DNA of 62,576 nucleotides from an uncultured Thermodesulfobacteriaceae bacterium (GCA_964585405.1 CAZPDU010000240.1:1-62576), one strand, 5' to 3'; counted from the stretch's first letter, positions 29,854 to 39,225 are shown. Translations and numbers: made by a program. Notes: generated from the letters alone by a model not told the origin.

Positions 29854-30639
29854 TCAATTCATGTCCGCCACATATACCCATAAAACAGCGCCCAGCTCAA
29901 CCGGTACCTCTCTATCCTCGTGTTTCATTTTTTTATTTGCTTCGTTGAGTGCCGCAAACCCCCACCATCCCTCTTTCGGAATAGAATAGAAAAAGATACC
30001 AAAGGCATCTGTGTGTACAACCTGCGTCACATATGGGCCTGCCGGTGCCGTAATCTTTTTGTCTTTGTTATAAAATTCTATTTCTATTTCACTGTTGGGA
30101 GCGGGTTTTCCGTCCAAAAGTACCTGCCCGACGAAGACATTGCCTGTCCACAGGCCATACGGCCGGGTTAGAGGTATGATCTCAGTCTTCAGGCCAACCG
30201 GCTGATGCCAATCTTCTTCCAGTCCGAATGCATTTACGACTACTTTGGTGAAGTGTTGTATATAGCATTGTTCTGCAGGCTCCCAATAAGGCTGTGGTAC
30301 AAAGTAGAATATATAGTCTCCAGGGCTTCTCAGATCAGCCGTTCCGATCCATGTCGTGCATCCGTTTATGGATTTTTTTTTCAGGCTGTTCAAAAGGTCC
30401 TTGTTTTCGCCCCTTACTACCACAGCAAAACTCTCTGGCTTTTGGAGTTCCATGAATCCCTGTTCAAAGGGATGCATAAATTGACACCAAAGGGTTATTT
30501 GCCTGGATTCATTTGCTTCTATGATGTCATCAGATGGCAACAATACCCCAAAATGGGCCATGCCGATACCAGGAATCAGCCAACCCAATATAAGAAACAG
30601 GAAGAAAGACAGCCCCAGTTTTTTAGTAAAAAATTTCAT
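29854..30639 (-). CDS. periplasmic DUF4198/NikK-like component
   Basis: 261 aa with a signal peptide and a beta-rich body. It is the first gene of the transporter operon. The family assignment is from memory. Confidence 0.55.
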   Translation of the reverse strand: MKFFTKKLGLSFFLFLILGWLIPGIGMAHFGVLLPSDDIIEANESRQITLWCQFMHPFEQGFMELQKPESFAVVVRGENKDLLNSLKKKSINGCTTWIGTADLRSPGDYIFYFVPQPYWEPAEQCYIQHFTKVVVNAFGLEEDWHQPVGLKTEIIPLTRPYGLWTGNVFVGQVLLDGKPAPNSEIEIEFYNKDKKITAPAGPYVTQVVHTDAFGIFFYSIPKEGWWGFAALNEANKKMKHEDREVPVELGAVLWVYVADMN

Positions 30640-30793
30640 TGATAATACTCCTTTAGGATAGATAAATTAAACATAGAAGACATTATTTTGGTAGTCAATA
30701 TTTAAAAAAAGTGTTACTGGTTTTACGATTTTGAAATCTTGCCGGAACAGGCTTGACATCATTATGAATTGTGTTAAAGAATTGCTCACATAT

Positions 30794-30869
30794 GGGCCGT
30801 TAGCTCAATTGGGAGAGCAACTGACTCTTAATCAGTAGGTTCGGGGTTCGATCCCCTGACGGCCTACCA
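30794..30869 (+). tRNA. tRNA-Lys (anticodon CUU), CCA encoded
   Basis: Cloverleaf read by eye. Acceptor GGGCCGT/ACGGCCT, D arm GCTC..GAGC, anticodon stem ACTGA/TCAGT with loop CTCTTAA, T arm CGGGG-TTCGATC-CCCTG, discriminator A plus CCA. A TTGACA promoter box lies about 40 nt upstream. Confidence 0.95.
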
Positions 30870-30870
30870 G
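30856..30870 (+). repeat. direct repeat copy 1 (tRNA-Lys 3' end, att-like)
   Basis: CTGACGGCCTACCAG is identical to 33416-33430. Confidence 0.8.
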
Positions 30871-30877
30871 AAAAAAC

Positions 30878-30912
30878 AAGCACTTATGGCTTTTGCTGTA
30901 AGTGCTTTTTTA
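30878..30912 (+). terminator. tRNA-Lys terminator
   Basis: AAGCACTTA-N12-TAAGTGCTT followed by a T-run. Confidence 0.75.
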
Positions 30913-31393
30913 TTTGGTGTGTGAATTGGTGTGGGACTTTTTCTGAAATGACATCAGAAAATTAAAGAAAATATTCTTTTAACGGTTTTAGATATAATCT
31001 AAGAATTTTAAGAGATAAATTTTTCCCAATCGAAAATCGTGATGAATTAATTGAAAAATTAGAAAAAAGTTCAATGATATCAATACGGAAGAATCTGAAT
31101 GGCTCAATTTAATAGAACGTGCTAAATTATTAAAGGTCAATTATATGCAATTGGCTACCGCCACTTAAACAAATTTACCCATCTTGATTCTAATAACAGA
31201 GATTACTTTTTTGAAGAAGTAAATGGGACTTTGATGTTCTACGATTTTAAAGAAACAAATAAAAAAAGGAACTTTAATCCTTGCATTAAAATATTCTAAT
31301 TATTTTATCGAAATTCTGTTTGAAAATTTTTCAATAGAAATAGAAGGATATGATGATTTTAAAAGAAGAATACTTCAGACCAAATTATAATTT

Positions 31394-31648
31394 TTGAAAA
31401 TAGAAGTTTCTATGCAAACAAAGGAAGACATTAAAGAAGTTGAAAATGTTGATGAAAAACAGATCAAAAAAGCTATGTTTTATTCTGTCATTCCATCAAT
31501 TATTATTTGGTTAATGATAATGACTCCGATAGTATTAATCTATACAACTTATATTGAGCCAAAAGAAATTGAAGGTAGTTTAGAAATTCCAGAATGGTTA
31601 GTTATGCCAGCATTATTTCTTATTATAGGACTTTTAGTATTCATATGA
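31394..31648 (+). CDS. hypothetical small membrane protein (AT-rich)
   Basis: Two hydrophobic helices. The likely start is the ATG at 31412. No recognisable family. Confidence 0.35.
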   Translation: MKIEVSMQTKEDIKEVENVDEKQIKKAMFYSVIPSIIIWLMIMTPIVLIYTTYIEPKEIEGSLEIPEWLVMPALFLIIGLLVFI

Positions 31649-31714
31649 AAAGTTCTTACAAATATTATTTCAATCAAATTAAATAAGAAAAAATCAAAAT
31701 GATATCTAATCATA

Positions 31715-32764
31715 ATGGAAAAGGGAAGAACTATGGCGCTAAAATTGATTTCTAGTGGTTTAAATAGCGTAATTGGACTGATCAGATCTATTCCACCTCT
31801 GTATCGAGCGGCTAAAAGAGTGCGTGACTGGGTGTGTAAATCATATCTCGAGGAGATTTCGCAAATACGTGAACATTATTCACAATTGCTACAGAAAGTT
31901 GAAATGCTTCAGCGAAACTCCATATATCTGGAATTTGCACCGCCAGGTCATTATTATTCTCCTCTTCCGAACCTAGATGATTTGAGGGAAAATCAGGATC
32001 GGATTTTTTCACAGGCATATCGAGATTTGCCTGGGGTAGATCTCGACCCAGAATCTATGGTGAAATTATTGGAGCAGTTTAAGGTCATCTATCCGGAGTA
32101 TGTTTTTTGGAAACGCGATTCGGTTTTCCGTTTTGATCCCTATAGCGGCACATTCTCATTGGGAGATGCTATCGTGTTCTTCTGTATGATTCTTCATAAG
32201 AAACCGAAACGTATTGTTGAGGTAGGTGCAGGGATGTCTACTTGTTTGATGTTGGATATTAACCGTTATTTTTTTAATGATGCTATGCGCATAACCAGCA
32301 TTGAGCCTTACCCAGATCGTTTGATGGCGATGATTCATCCGGAAGATTCAAGCCGCTTTCATCTGATCCCCCAAAGACTCGAGGATATAGATTTAGATAT
32401 ATTTTCTGCTCTGGAAGCGAATGATATTGTTTTTTTTGATTCAACGCATGTGAGCAAGTGCAATAGTGACGTAAATCACATATTCTTCGATCTATTGCCG
32501 CTTTTAAAACCAGGGGTAGTAATCCATTTCCATGATGTTTTCTATCCTTTCGAGTATCCTATGAGGTGGTTACTGGAAGTGGGTGCGGCTTGGAACGAAA
32601 ACTATCTTCTACGAGCTTTCCTCCAATACAATAAATCGTTTAAGGTACTTTTCTTTGGTAATTATCTGAACTTGTTTCACAGAGATAGGATAGAGCAAAT
32701 AATGCCGCGCTATCTGGAGTGGCCGAGTTTTTCTATCTGGTTGCAGCGAGTTTGTGGTGAATAG
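31715..32764 (+). CDS. class I SAM-dependent methyltransferase (PGHYYSP-type, glycan/macrolide O-MT-like)
   Basis: 349 aa. Motif I IVEVGAGMST and an acidic post-I region. The PPGHYYSPLP motif is seen in this methyltransferase subgroup. Confidence 0.7.
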   Translation: MEKGRTMALKLISSGLNSVIGLIRSIPPLYRAAKRVRDWVCKSYLEEISQIREHYSQLLQKVEMLQRNSIYLEFAPPGHYYSPLPNLDDLRENQDRIFSQAYRDLPGVDLDPESMVKLLEQFKVIYPEYVFWKRDSVFRFDPYSGTFSLGDAIVFFCMILHKKPKRIVEVGAGMSTCLMLDINRYFFNDAMRITSIEPYPDRLMAMIHPEDSSRFHLIPQRLEDIDLDIFSALEANDIVFFDSTHVSKCNSDVNHIFFDLLPLLKPGVVIHFHDVFYPFEYPMRWLLEVGAAWNENYLLRAFLQYNKSFKVLFFGNYLNLFHRDRIEQIMPRYLEWPSFSIWLQRVCGE

Positions 32765-33132
32765 CTGTATTCACGGACAACCCCCAGCCGTGGTTAAACA
32801 CACATCATCTATTCAGGTAGTACCTGATGTTGCAGTGGTAATTAAGAATCTAGCAAAATATGTACCTGAGGTTGAAGAGAATACAGTTTTATAGTTTCTC
32901 CATCCTGGCTTAAGCGCGACCCATTCAGCAGTTTGCCCAATGATTTCTTTGTTGATGTCGAGCCAAAGTATATACAGCTGGCGAACCCGTTTCGCGTCTA
33001 CCGTTCTGACCCAATAAGAAACGGTATAAAAGCTGTTTTGGCCAACGGATGTATTCTGGAAAGCTCTATTGATAGATGGATCAGTGATTAATAACGCTAT
33101 ATGGCCGGAATGGGATTGGCTGCCATCTGTAG

Positions 33133-33447
33133 ATATTTCCGGGTTACCTAATCAAGTTCGGAGAGGATATCTGCAACAATATTCTTTATCCAGTACCCCA
33201 CAGGCAATTCGTGTTCAGCATACCTATTCTTCTCCGTGTCTATTTCAAGTATGACCGGAGACTTTTGACAGAGTTCTGCCATTGTGCCAGGGAAAGTCTT
33301 GAGATCTTCTTTCATACCACGCTTTGCCTTCCAGACGGAATTCCAGGCCTTGTGATGGTAATTCACACATTTGGAGATTACGCCATATTTTATCCCCATC
33401 TTCATGCCATAGTCGCTGACGGCCTACCAGATATATCAAGCACTTAA
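33133..33447 (+). pseudogene. IS91-family (HUH Y2) transposase internal fragment
   Basis: The open frame reads ...PVPHRQFVFSIPILLRVYFKYDRRLL...VMVIHTFGDYAIFYPHLHAIVADGL. These are the conserved PHRQ-VF-IP-LR and HTFG...HPHxH (HUH) blocks. The N-terminal Zn-finger region and the C-terminal tyrosine half are missing. Confidence 0.6.
33416..33430 (+). repeat. direct repeat copy 2 (displaced tRNA-Lys 3' end, att-like)
   Basis: CTGACGGCCTACCAG is identical to 30856-30870. It is followed by a diverged copy of the tRNA terminator. Confidence 0.8.
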
Positions 33448-33472
33448 CTTACTTTAGTTAAGTGCTTTTTTT
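33438..33472 (+). terminator. terminator hairpin paralogous to the tRNA-Lys terminator
   Basis: AAGCACTTAAC-N8-GTTAAGTGCTT followed by T7. The stem sequence is shared with 30878-30907. Confidence 0.6.
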
Positions 33473-33931
33473 ATGGTAATATGTCTTGAACTAAGAAGAG
33501 TGCTTTTTCTCTCTCACAGAAACATTATCCTGGTGCGGTTTTTTTGGTGATTTGCCTAATTTTTGAAGGGTTTTTATAGTGCTATGCTGTGAAGAAACTT
33601 TGAGGAAATTTCGCGCAGATTCTCATTTAAGAATTGCTTTTTTAAGATTCAATTGCCTCAGAATTGCCTTTCTCTATCCAGCTCTCAAAGCAGGCGATCA
33701 GCGGACCCAAAAAAGTGGCCAGCACTTTTTGGAATCTTAATGGATTGCAGACGTGCACCAGAAGCCAGAGGAACTAAAACAGCGTTTTGTTTCCATTTAC
33801 ATTACTTTGTCGGCAGGCCAATAACCATTAATTTTTTTTAAACTGTTCTAAGTGTTTAACCTTTACTTTGTCCTTATTTGGATGGTTTATAAATCCTAGA
33901 GCATAACAAAATGAGCTGCGTTAAGTGGATC

Positions 33932-34204
33932 TTATTTGGTTAACCCTAACTGCCCCTGGTTTATCTTGTTGACATACTTCCCCTTAACGATCTGCACGGT
34001 CGCAATTCGCTTATCGCAAAAAGGGCAGTAGATATTAGTACCTTCCTGCGAGTAATCATTTATGAATATGCCGGTATAGTCTTCTGTTATTCGGTCCCGA
34101 TGAATCTTCAACAACCTTCTTCCCGGTCCTTTTTTATATTTCAGTAACTTTTGACCGCACCGGCAATAAATTGTAATAATCTTGTATTTGGTGAGCTTCT
34201 TCAA
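33932..34204 (-). CDS. small zinc-ribbon-like protein
   Basis: 90 aa, basic, with CRCG...CPFCD cysteine pairs. No recognisable family. Confidence 0.4.
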   Translation of the reverse strand: MKKLTKYKIITIYCRCGQKLLKYKKGPGRRLLKIHRDRITEDYTGIFINDYSQEGTNIYCPFCDKRIATVQIVKGKYVNKINQGQLGLTK

Positions 34205-34316
34205 TAGGAAAGCCTTTATTGTTTTGGTTCAGTATCAGCTGTCTGCTAAGGAAAATCTTGCCTGGCGGCATGGTCCTCGCCGTTTTTACAACCGCCATGT
34301 TGGACATTAATGCTTA

Positions 34317-34589
34317 TCATTTTTGAAACAGGTCAGAGTTCGTTTCGCTCCGCTCGAAAACAACGCGATCGGACTCAACGATATAAATCAGCAGCCAGTC
34401 GGATTCGACATGGCATTCCCGTCGCCCCCTCCAATTGCCAATCAGTTTATGGTCTCGGTGAATATCATCAAGCGGTTCACAGGCCGCTATTGAACGGATG
34501 ATCAATTTTATCTTTTCGAGATTTTTACCTCGCTTTTTCATCCGTTCGGTGTCGCGTTTAAACTGGCTGGTATATAAGGGCGTGAGCAT
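34317..34589 (-). CDS. YafQ/RelE-family type II toxin (start at internal Met)
   Basis: MLTPLYTSQFKRDTERMKKRGKNLEKI...RDHKLIGNWRGRRECHVESDWLLIY...SDLF follows the YafQ pattern. The ATG overlaps the stop of the frame-corrected antitoxin (TAATG). Confidence 0.75.
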   Translation of the reverse strand: MLTPLYTSQFKRDTERMKKRGKNLEKIKLIIRSIAACEPLDDIHRDHKLIGNWRGRRECHVESDWLLIYIVESDRVVFERSETNSDLFQK

Positions 34590-34842
34590 TATATGCCTAG
34601 CTTTTTGAACATTACGTCGGTGTCGTTGCAAATGATCAGATCGCGTCCGGTAACGGAAAACGTCTTGAGGGTGGTCTGATTTGGAATGGCTCCATCAAAA
34701 GGCAGCCCTTTTTTAATTCAACCTGCTTATAAAAAAAGGTAATCGCCTTGGTTGTGTTTAGCCCGAGCTGTTTAAATATATGCTCAGTCTTTTCCTTTAA
34801 ATCCGGTTTAATTCTTGCTCTGATTGTGGATGTTTTGCCCAT
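34589..34842 (-). pseudogene. DinJ/RelB-family antitoxin with a frameshift in an A6 run
   Basis: The N-terminus MGKTSTIRARIKPDLKEKTEHIFKQLGLNTTKAITFFYKQV is DinJ-like. After the A6 run (plus-strand T6 at 34709-34714) the family-like continuation GLPFDGAIPNQTTLKTF...FKKLGI lies in another frame. Confidence 0.65.
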
Positions 34843-34922
34843 GACTTGCCTCCATTTGAATTTTGTAATTGCAGCTCAAATAGGGTATATTATCAAAATT
34901 TGCATAAGATTTATCGCATTGT

Positions 34923-36587
34923 CTAACCAGGGTTTAAAACACGTCCTGCAAACAGGATGGCACCCATTTCAATATCCCGGATCAAAAATATAAATGGTTG
35001 ATCTAGCGCAAATTCGATCGGATTTGGAGGAGCCGCTCCAATAGGCATGATCACAGCAGTTGCAGCGGCTGCCTCTGTCCCTGCCTCATTCACCGACACG
35101 AATGCCTTATGTATGACATCGCTAATATATAGGTCGTGTGTACCGTCTATGCCGGAAAAATCTGCAACCGCTGGATTAAAGGCATCATTCATGCCCATGG
35201 CTGCCAGTGTATCCACAAGCCCCAGGCCCCATTCGTATTTAAATCTGGGCATGGTGATTTGAAGATACGTCAGGCTGAGGTTATCTATAATTGTCTCCGC
35301 TTGCCCGGCGTCAAGAGAGGCCTCGAATTCTTCAAACCGGCCTGAATCAGGTAGAAAAACCACCATTGAGAGTTCCTCACCATCATATGGTAGCTCCACT
35401 GCCTGATATCCCTCTCCACTCGTATACCTGAAGTATTCTGTCTGGGACATCATAGGCACAGTGATCTGTCTACCTTCGAGGAGATGGAAGGTACCATCCT
35501 GCTGAGTGAGCTCTTCATCAAAGGGATAGAGCCAGGCGGCATTAAAGTAAATCGCATTGGTAAGGACCAGTCTTGTCAACGGCGTAATAGCACCCTGGGG
35601 AATAAGGTCGTTGATTTTATCCTCTGTCTGATCACTGACCCAATTATTTATGCACATACGGGAATTCTCGGGTGAGTTTCTGAAATCCAGGAGCCTCAGA
35701 CCCGCACCATAGTTTTCAGCCAGGACATCGAGAAAACTCGAAAGGAATGGATAGCCGGTCTGTCCCCAGATGGAATTCACGATGTTCAACCTGAATCCTT
35801 TTCCATCCTGGCCCGCGGCACTCTGACCTCGGCAGGCAAGTTCAAGATCCAAGGCATTAAAAACAGGGTGTAGTCGCTCCTGTGTAAGTCTGAAATGCAG
35901 CGTATCCGCCATCTGGCTTTGAGTCTCATTCCTGGCCCCGGCATAAGTCATGGCAAAGGCAAGAGAGATGATATGAGGAGAGTAAAACAGGTTTTCAGCT
36001 TCTCCCCGAATCTCCTGATAGAGATCAAAAGTAAAATCGGTGTTTCCCGACACTGATTCTGTGAGATCAGTCTCTGTAACATCTGGAGCTGTGCTACGCT
36101 GCTTTTCCGAACTGAGTATCTCTATCCCTGTATTATTTCCTTCTTCAAAGTCCCACTGATATGAGTCACTGGCAAGCCAGTTGTTTACATCCTTCACATC
36201 CTTACCTGGATCACAGAGGACCAGGTACCAGGCATAGGTACCTGAAGGAATGCCAGACGGAAGATCTATCGCAAAAAGAATAGCGGACATAACGTCTACA
36301 ACAGGCCAGCCAAGTAACGCAGCACTGATCTCATTGGAAACGATCATTAACGCCTCGGTGTTCATGCAGTAGAGTGTTCCATCCGGAGTACCTAAAGCAA
36401 AATACACATCAGCACTTTGAGCGGAGATGTCTGCGGCGTTTGCATAGCATTTTACCTCCATCCTGTCTCCTGCAACAAAAGAACTCTTATTCAGCATTAA
36501 AGATACGCCCTTTGCCCATGCATCAGCGGAAAAAAGAACAAATACAAGGGCCATAGGTATAAATTTAGACCATATTTTGCGTTTCAT
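34923..36587 (-). CDS. secreted serpin with an N-terminal extra domain of about 150 aa
   Basis: Signal peptide MKRKIWSKFIPMALVFVLFSADAWA. Serpin blocks SPHIISLAFAMTYAGARNETQSQM, hinge NEAGTEAAAAT and C-terminal PFIFLIRD...ILFAGRVLNP. The track ORF starts 21 nt further upstream at a GTG. Confidence 0.9.
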   Translation of the reverse strand: MKRKIWSKFIPMALVFVLFSADAWAKGVSLMLNKSSFVAGDRMEVKCYANAADISAQSADVYFALGTPDGTLYCMNTEALMIVSNEISAALLGWPVVDVMSAILFAIDLPSGIPSGTYAWYLVLCDPGKDVKDVNNWLASDSYQWDFEEGNNTGIEILSSEKQRSTAPDVTETDLTESVSGNTDFTFDLYQEIRGEAENLFYSPHIISLAFAMTYAGARNETQSQMADTLHFRLTQERLHPVFNALDLELACRGQSAAGQDGKGFRLNIVNSIWGQTGYPFLSSFLDVLAENYGAGLRLLDFRNSPENSRMCINNWVSDQTEDKINDLIPQGAITPLTRLVLTNAIYFNAAWLYPFDEELTQQDGTFHLLEGRQITVPMMSQTEYFRYTSGEGYQAVELPYDGEELSMVVFLPDSGRFEEFEASLDAGQAETIIDNLSLTYLQITMPRFKYEWGLGLVDTLAAMGMNDAFNPAVADFSGIDGTHDLYISDVIHKAFVSVNEAGTEAAAATAVIMPIGAAPPNPIEFALDQPFIFLIRDIEMGAILFAGRVLNPG

Positions 36588-36749
36588 CCCGATTTTCCCA
36601 TTTTCCACACTTTGTTATCCATGTTCATCCATAAATAAACAGCGCTTTCGCTATATGTCCTTATTTAATACTATATGAAATCATAAGGAAGCGATGAATT
36701 GTGGGCCTGAAATTTTTTCAGACTTCATTCCTACCAATTCCTATTACAT

Positions 36750-36830
36750 AAAAATGGTATATCACTATTAGAATTGGACTTTCAAGAGATCAGACAGACA
36801 ATTTAATGAGTGATGTCGAATAGAGGCGAA
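36750..36830 (-). promoter_or_regulatory. promoter-like module, copy A
   Basis: The minus strand reads CGACATCACT-N..-TTGAAAGTCCAATTCTAATAGTGATATAC. It shares the GACATCACT box and the TTGAxxGTCCA -35 region with copies B and C. Confidence 0.4.
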
Positions 36831-37027
36831 ATTATATTTTCTTGCTATAGGCGACTTGTGGATTGAAGATAGAATTTAATGTCAGCAAAGGGCTGAATTA
36901 AGGCAGAAATCTCCCCAAGATACCATGCTTGTTAATTAATATGTTAGATAGTATGTTCATTGGGTATGAGTAGTAGCCAACATCTAATTGAAGACCAGCC
37001 TTCTAAGTCCGCCTATACCGATTTTTT

Positions 37028-37120
37028 TTATTAGCTAAACTTTATAGGCCTTGAGGTAATGGGCAGTCAAATTTTAAGAGTGATGTCTCGTAGATAAGAA
37101 AAATAAGTCTATCCTTCTGG
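37028..37120 (-). promoter_or_regulatory. promoter-like module, copy B
   Basis: The minus strand reads GAGACATCACTCTTAAAATTTGACTGCCCATTACCTCAAGGCCTATAAAGTTTAGCTAATAA. This gives TTGACT, a 17-nt spacer and then a TATAAA-like -10. Confidence 0.4.
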
Positions 37121-37168
37121 TTTTTAGAAAGAAATTTTTTAGCTTGACAGGGGAACATAGGATATCTT

Positions 37169-37861
37169 TCAATTCTCTCTTATCCTTGAAGGAAGCAAAA
37201 TTCTTGCATCGCCGACAATACAATGTTCCTGTGAGCAGAAGACCGGGTTGAGATCAATCGATTCGATTTCATCTGCTAATTCTAAAACCAGATCGGAAAA
37301 GGATAAGAGCATTCGAAATAACGCCTGCATGTTTACAGGCGGCTTGCCGCGATATCCTTCCAACAGTTTGCCTGCCTTTAGTTTTTTCACCATTAATTCT
37401 GCATCTCTTTGGGACAAGGGGCACATGCGTATAGTAACGTCATGATAGATTTCAACACCGGTGCCGCCAAGTCCAAGCAAAATAACCGGGCCGAACTGAT
37501 AATCAATCTTGGCACCTACAATCAGCTCCAAACCTTCAATAATTTCTTCAACGACAATTCCGGCAAACCCTTTCATTTTACTCAGTCGTACAAACTGTTC
37601 ATCCAAGGCCGATTCATTATCAATACCGACTATTACGCCCCTTACGTCAGATTTATGCACCACTTGAGGCGATACAATCTTGGCCACTATCGGATAGCCT
37701 ATTTTTGCTGCGAATTCGCAGGCCTCCTTTATATCTTTTGCCCAATGCGACCTAGGCACACTGATTCCTGCGAGTTTCAGGATAGCCTTGGCATCCGGTT
37801 CCATTACCCAGCCATATTTCACCGCGGCATCAGATATAATATGTCTGATTTCATTCAACAT
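37169..37861 (-). CDS. acdB: ADP-forming acetyl-CoA synthetase, beta (ATP-grasp) subunit
   Basis: 230 aa ATP-grasp_5-type sequence (GYPIVAKIVSPQVVHKSDVRGV...). It overlaps the alpha subunit gene by 7 nt. Confidence 0.8.
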   Translation of the reverse strand: MLNEIRHIISDAAVKYGWVMEPDAKAILKLAGISVPRSHWAKDIKEACEFAAKIGYPIVAKIVSPQVVHKSDVRGVIVGIDNESALDEQFVRLSKMKGFAGIVVEEIIEGLELIVGAKIDYQFGPVILLGLGGTGVEIYHDVTIRMCPLSQRDAELMVKKLKAGKLLEGYRGKPPVNMQALFRMLLSFSDLVLELADEIESIDLNPVFCSQEHCIVGDARILLPSRIREN

Positions 37862-39225
37862 GGTTTTCTCCTCTTAAGTGCTTCAGCCATCAGCACAGCC
37901 CCTTCAATGGAGGGTGAAACAGGTACGCGATTGAGTTCAAAACCTTCAATAAGCATACGATATTTATCAACATGAGGTACGTATGCGATAAGGGGTTTAC
38001 CTTGCTGTCTTGAAATCTGGCTTAAGCGAGCTCCGAGGTCTGAGGTAATGCCGGGCAGGTAAGGCAATAGCAACATTATGATGCAGTCAATCTCCTGGAT
38101 CTGTCCAAGAAGACGAGCCACAGCGACAAAGTCGTCATCCACCGCGCTTCCGGTGAGATCAATCGGATTGCCGATCGCAGCTATAGACTGCACGCTGGCC
38201 GACAGGCTCTCCCTGATTTCTTTTTGGGTCTGTTCAGAAAGGGGCGGGACAATAAGGCCGTAATCAAAGCAAAAATCTACTGCCAGAGCGCCATGCCCAC
38301 CGCTTCCACTGACAATGCCTATTTGGCCTTCAATGCGTTCCTGATAACAACTCAGAGATCCGCAAAAGGAAACCAGCTCAGATTCATCTCTGGCCTCTAC
38401 TACGCCGAATTGGGAAAACATTGCTGAAGTGGTCCTGTAATCGCCGGCCAAAGAGGCGGTATGGCTGGAAACCGCTTTCATTCCGCTGGGAGTCCTTCCC
38501 GCTTTCAACACAACAACCGGCTTCGGGCAATTAAAGGCAGCCTTAACGAATTCTCTGCCCTCGTTTTTCCCAAATCCCTCTACATAAAAGGCGATCACTT
38601 CGTTGTCCGCTTTGTCGGCAAGATAATTAAGCAGATCCAATTCATTGACCATTGCCTTGTTTCCGATACTGACAGCCAGTGACAGGCCGATTCCCTCTGC
38701 AGCAAACTTGATCATCTGATCAACCAGAATTCCACCGCTTTGGCTGACCAGAGCGACATTTCCCGAGCCTGGTTGGACCATGCGCTCAATAGGAATAAAA
38801 AATGTGTCAACAAGGCCGGGCGAATAGACGCCCAGACAGTTAGGCCCGATAAAAGGAAAACCTGCATCTCTGGCTGAAGTTGTGATCCGGTCCTGTAAAT
38901 CACTCCGGCCGCTCTCCGCGAATCCTCCGGAAATCACTGCTGCACCGCCGACTCCTGCCTGGATACAATCATCGATGACTTCGGGAACATATTCAGCGCG
39001 GACCGCGATCACTGCCATATCAATTTTCTGAGGAATTTCAGAGACACTGGTGAAAACGGTTTGTCCCTGAAAAGAGCCTCCTCTAGGATTAACCGGAAAA
39101 ACCTTGACTCGGTAACGAAGGAAGTTTTTGTTAAAAATAACATTAGCCGGATGGCGGTCATTGTTCAAGGACACACCGATGACTGCCATGGTTTTGGGTT
39201 CGAAAAGCGACTGTAAATTCATCAT
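37855..39225 (-). CDS. acdA: ADP-forming acetyl-CoA synthetase, alpha (CoA-binding/ligase) subunit
   Basis: 456 aa. N-terminal CoA-binding Rossmann fold (PKTMAVIGVS...) and an SCS-like ligase domain with a His loop (SSHTASLAG). Confidence 0.85.
   Translation of the reverse strand: MMNLQSLFEPKTMAVIGVSLNNDRHPANVIFNKNFLRYRVKVFPVNPRGGSFQGQTVFTSVSEIPQKIDMAVIAVRAEYVPEVIDDCIQAGVGGAAVISGGFAESGRSDLQDRITTSARDAGFPFIGPNCLGVYSPGLVDTFFIPIERMVQPGSGNVALVSQSGGILVDQMIKFAAEGIGLSLAVSIGNKAMVNELDLLNYLADKADNEVIAFYVEGFGKNEGREFVKAAFNCPKPVVVLKAGRTPSGMKAVSSHTASLAGDYRTTSAMFSQFGVVEARDESELVSFCGSLSCYQERIEGQIGIVSGSGGHGALAVDFCFDYGLIVPPLSEQTQKEIRESLSASVQSIAAIGNPIDLTGSAVDDDFVAVARLLGQIQEIDCIIMLLLPYLPGITSDLGARLSQISRQQGKPLIAYVPHVDKYRMLIEGFELNRVPVSPSIEGAVLMAEALKRRKPC

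Noticed and set aside
30640-30793. A possible cobalamin or NiCo riboswitch, or a NikR operator, upstream of the nik operon.
   Set aside because: No B12 box (GCCACTG-like) and no GTATGA-N16-TCATAC-type palindrome is visible on the minus strand. Only a TTGACT-N17-TATGTT promoter-like pair was seen.
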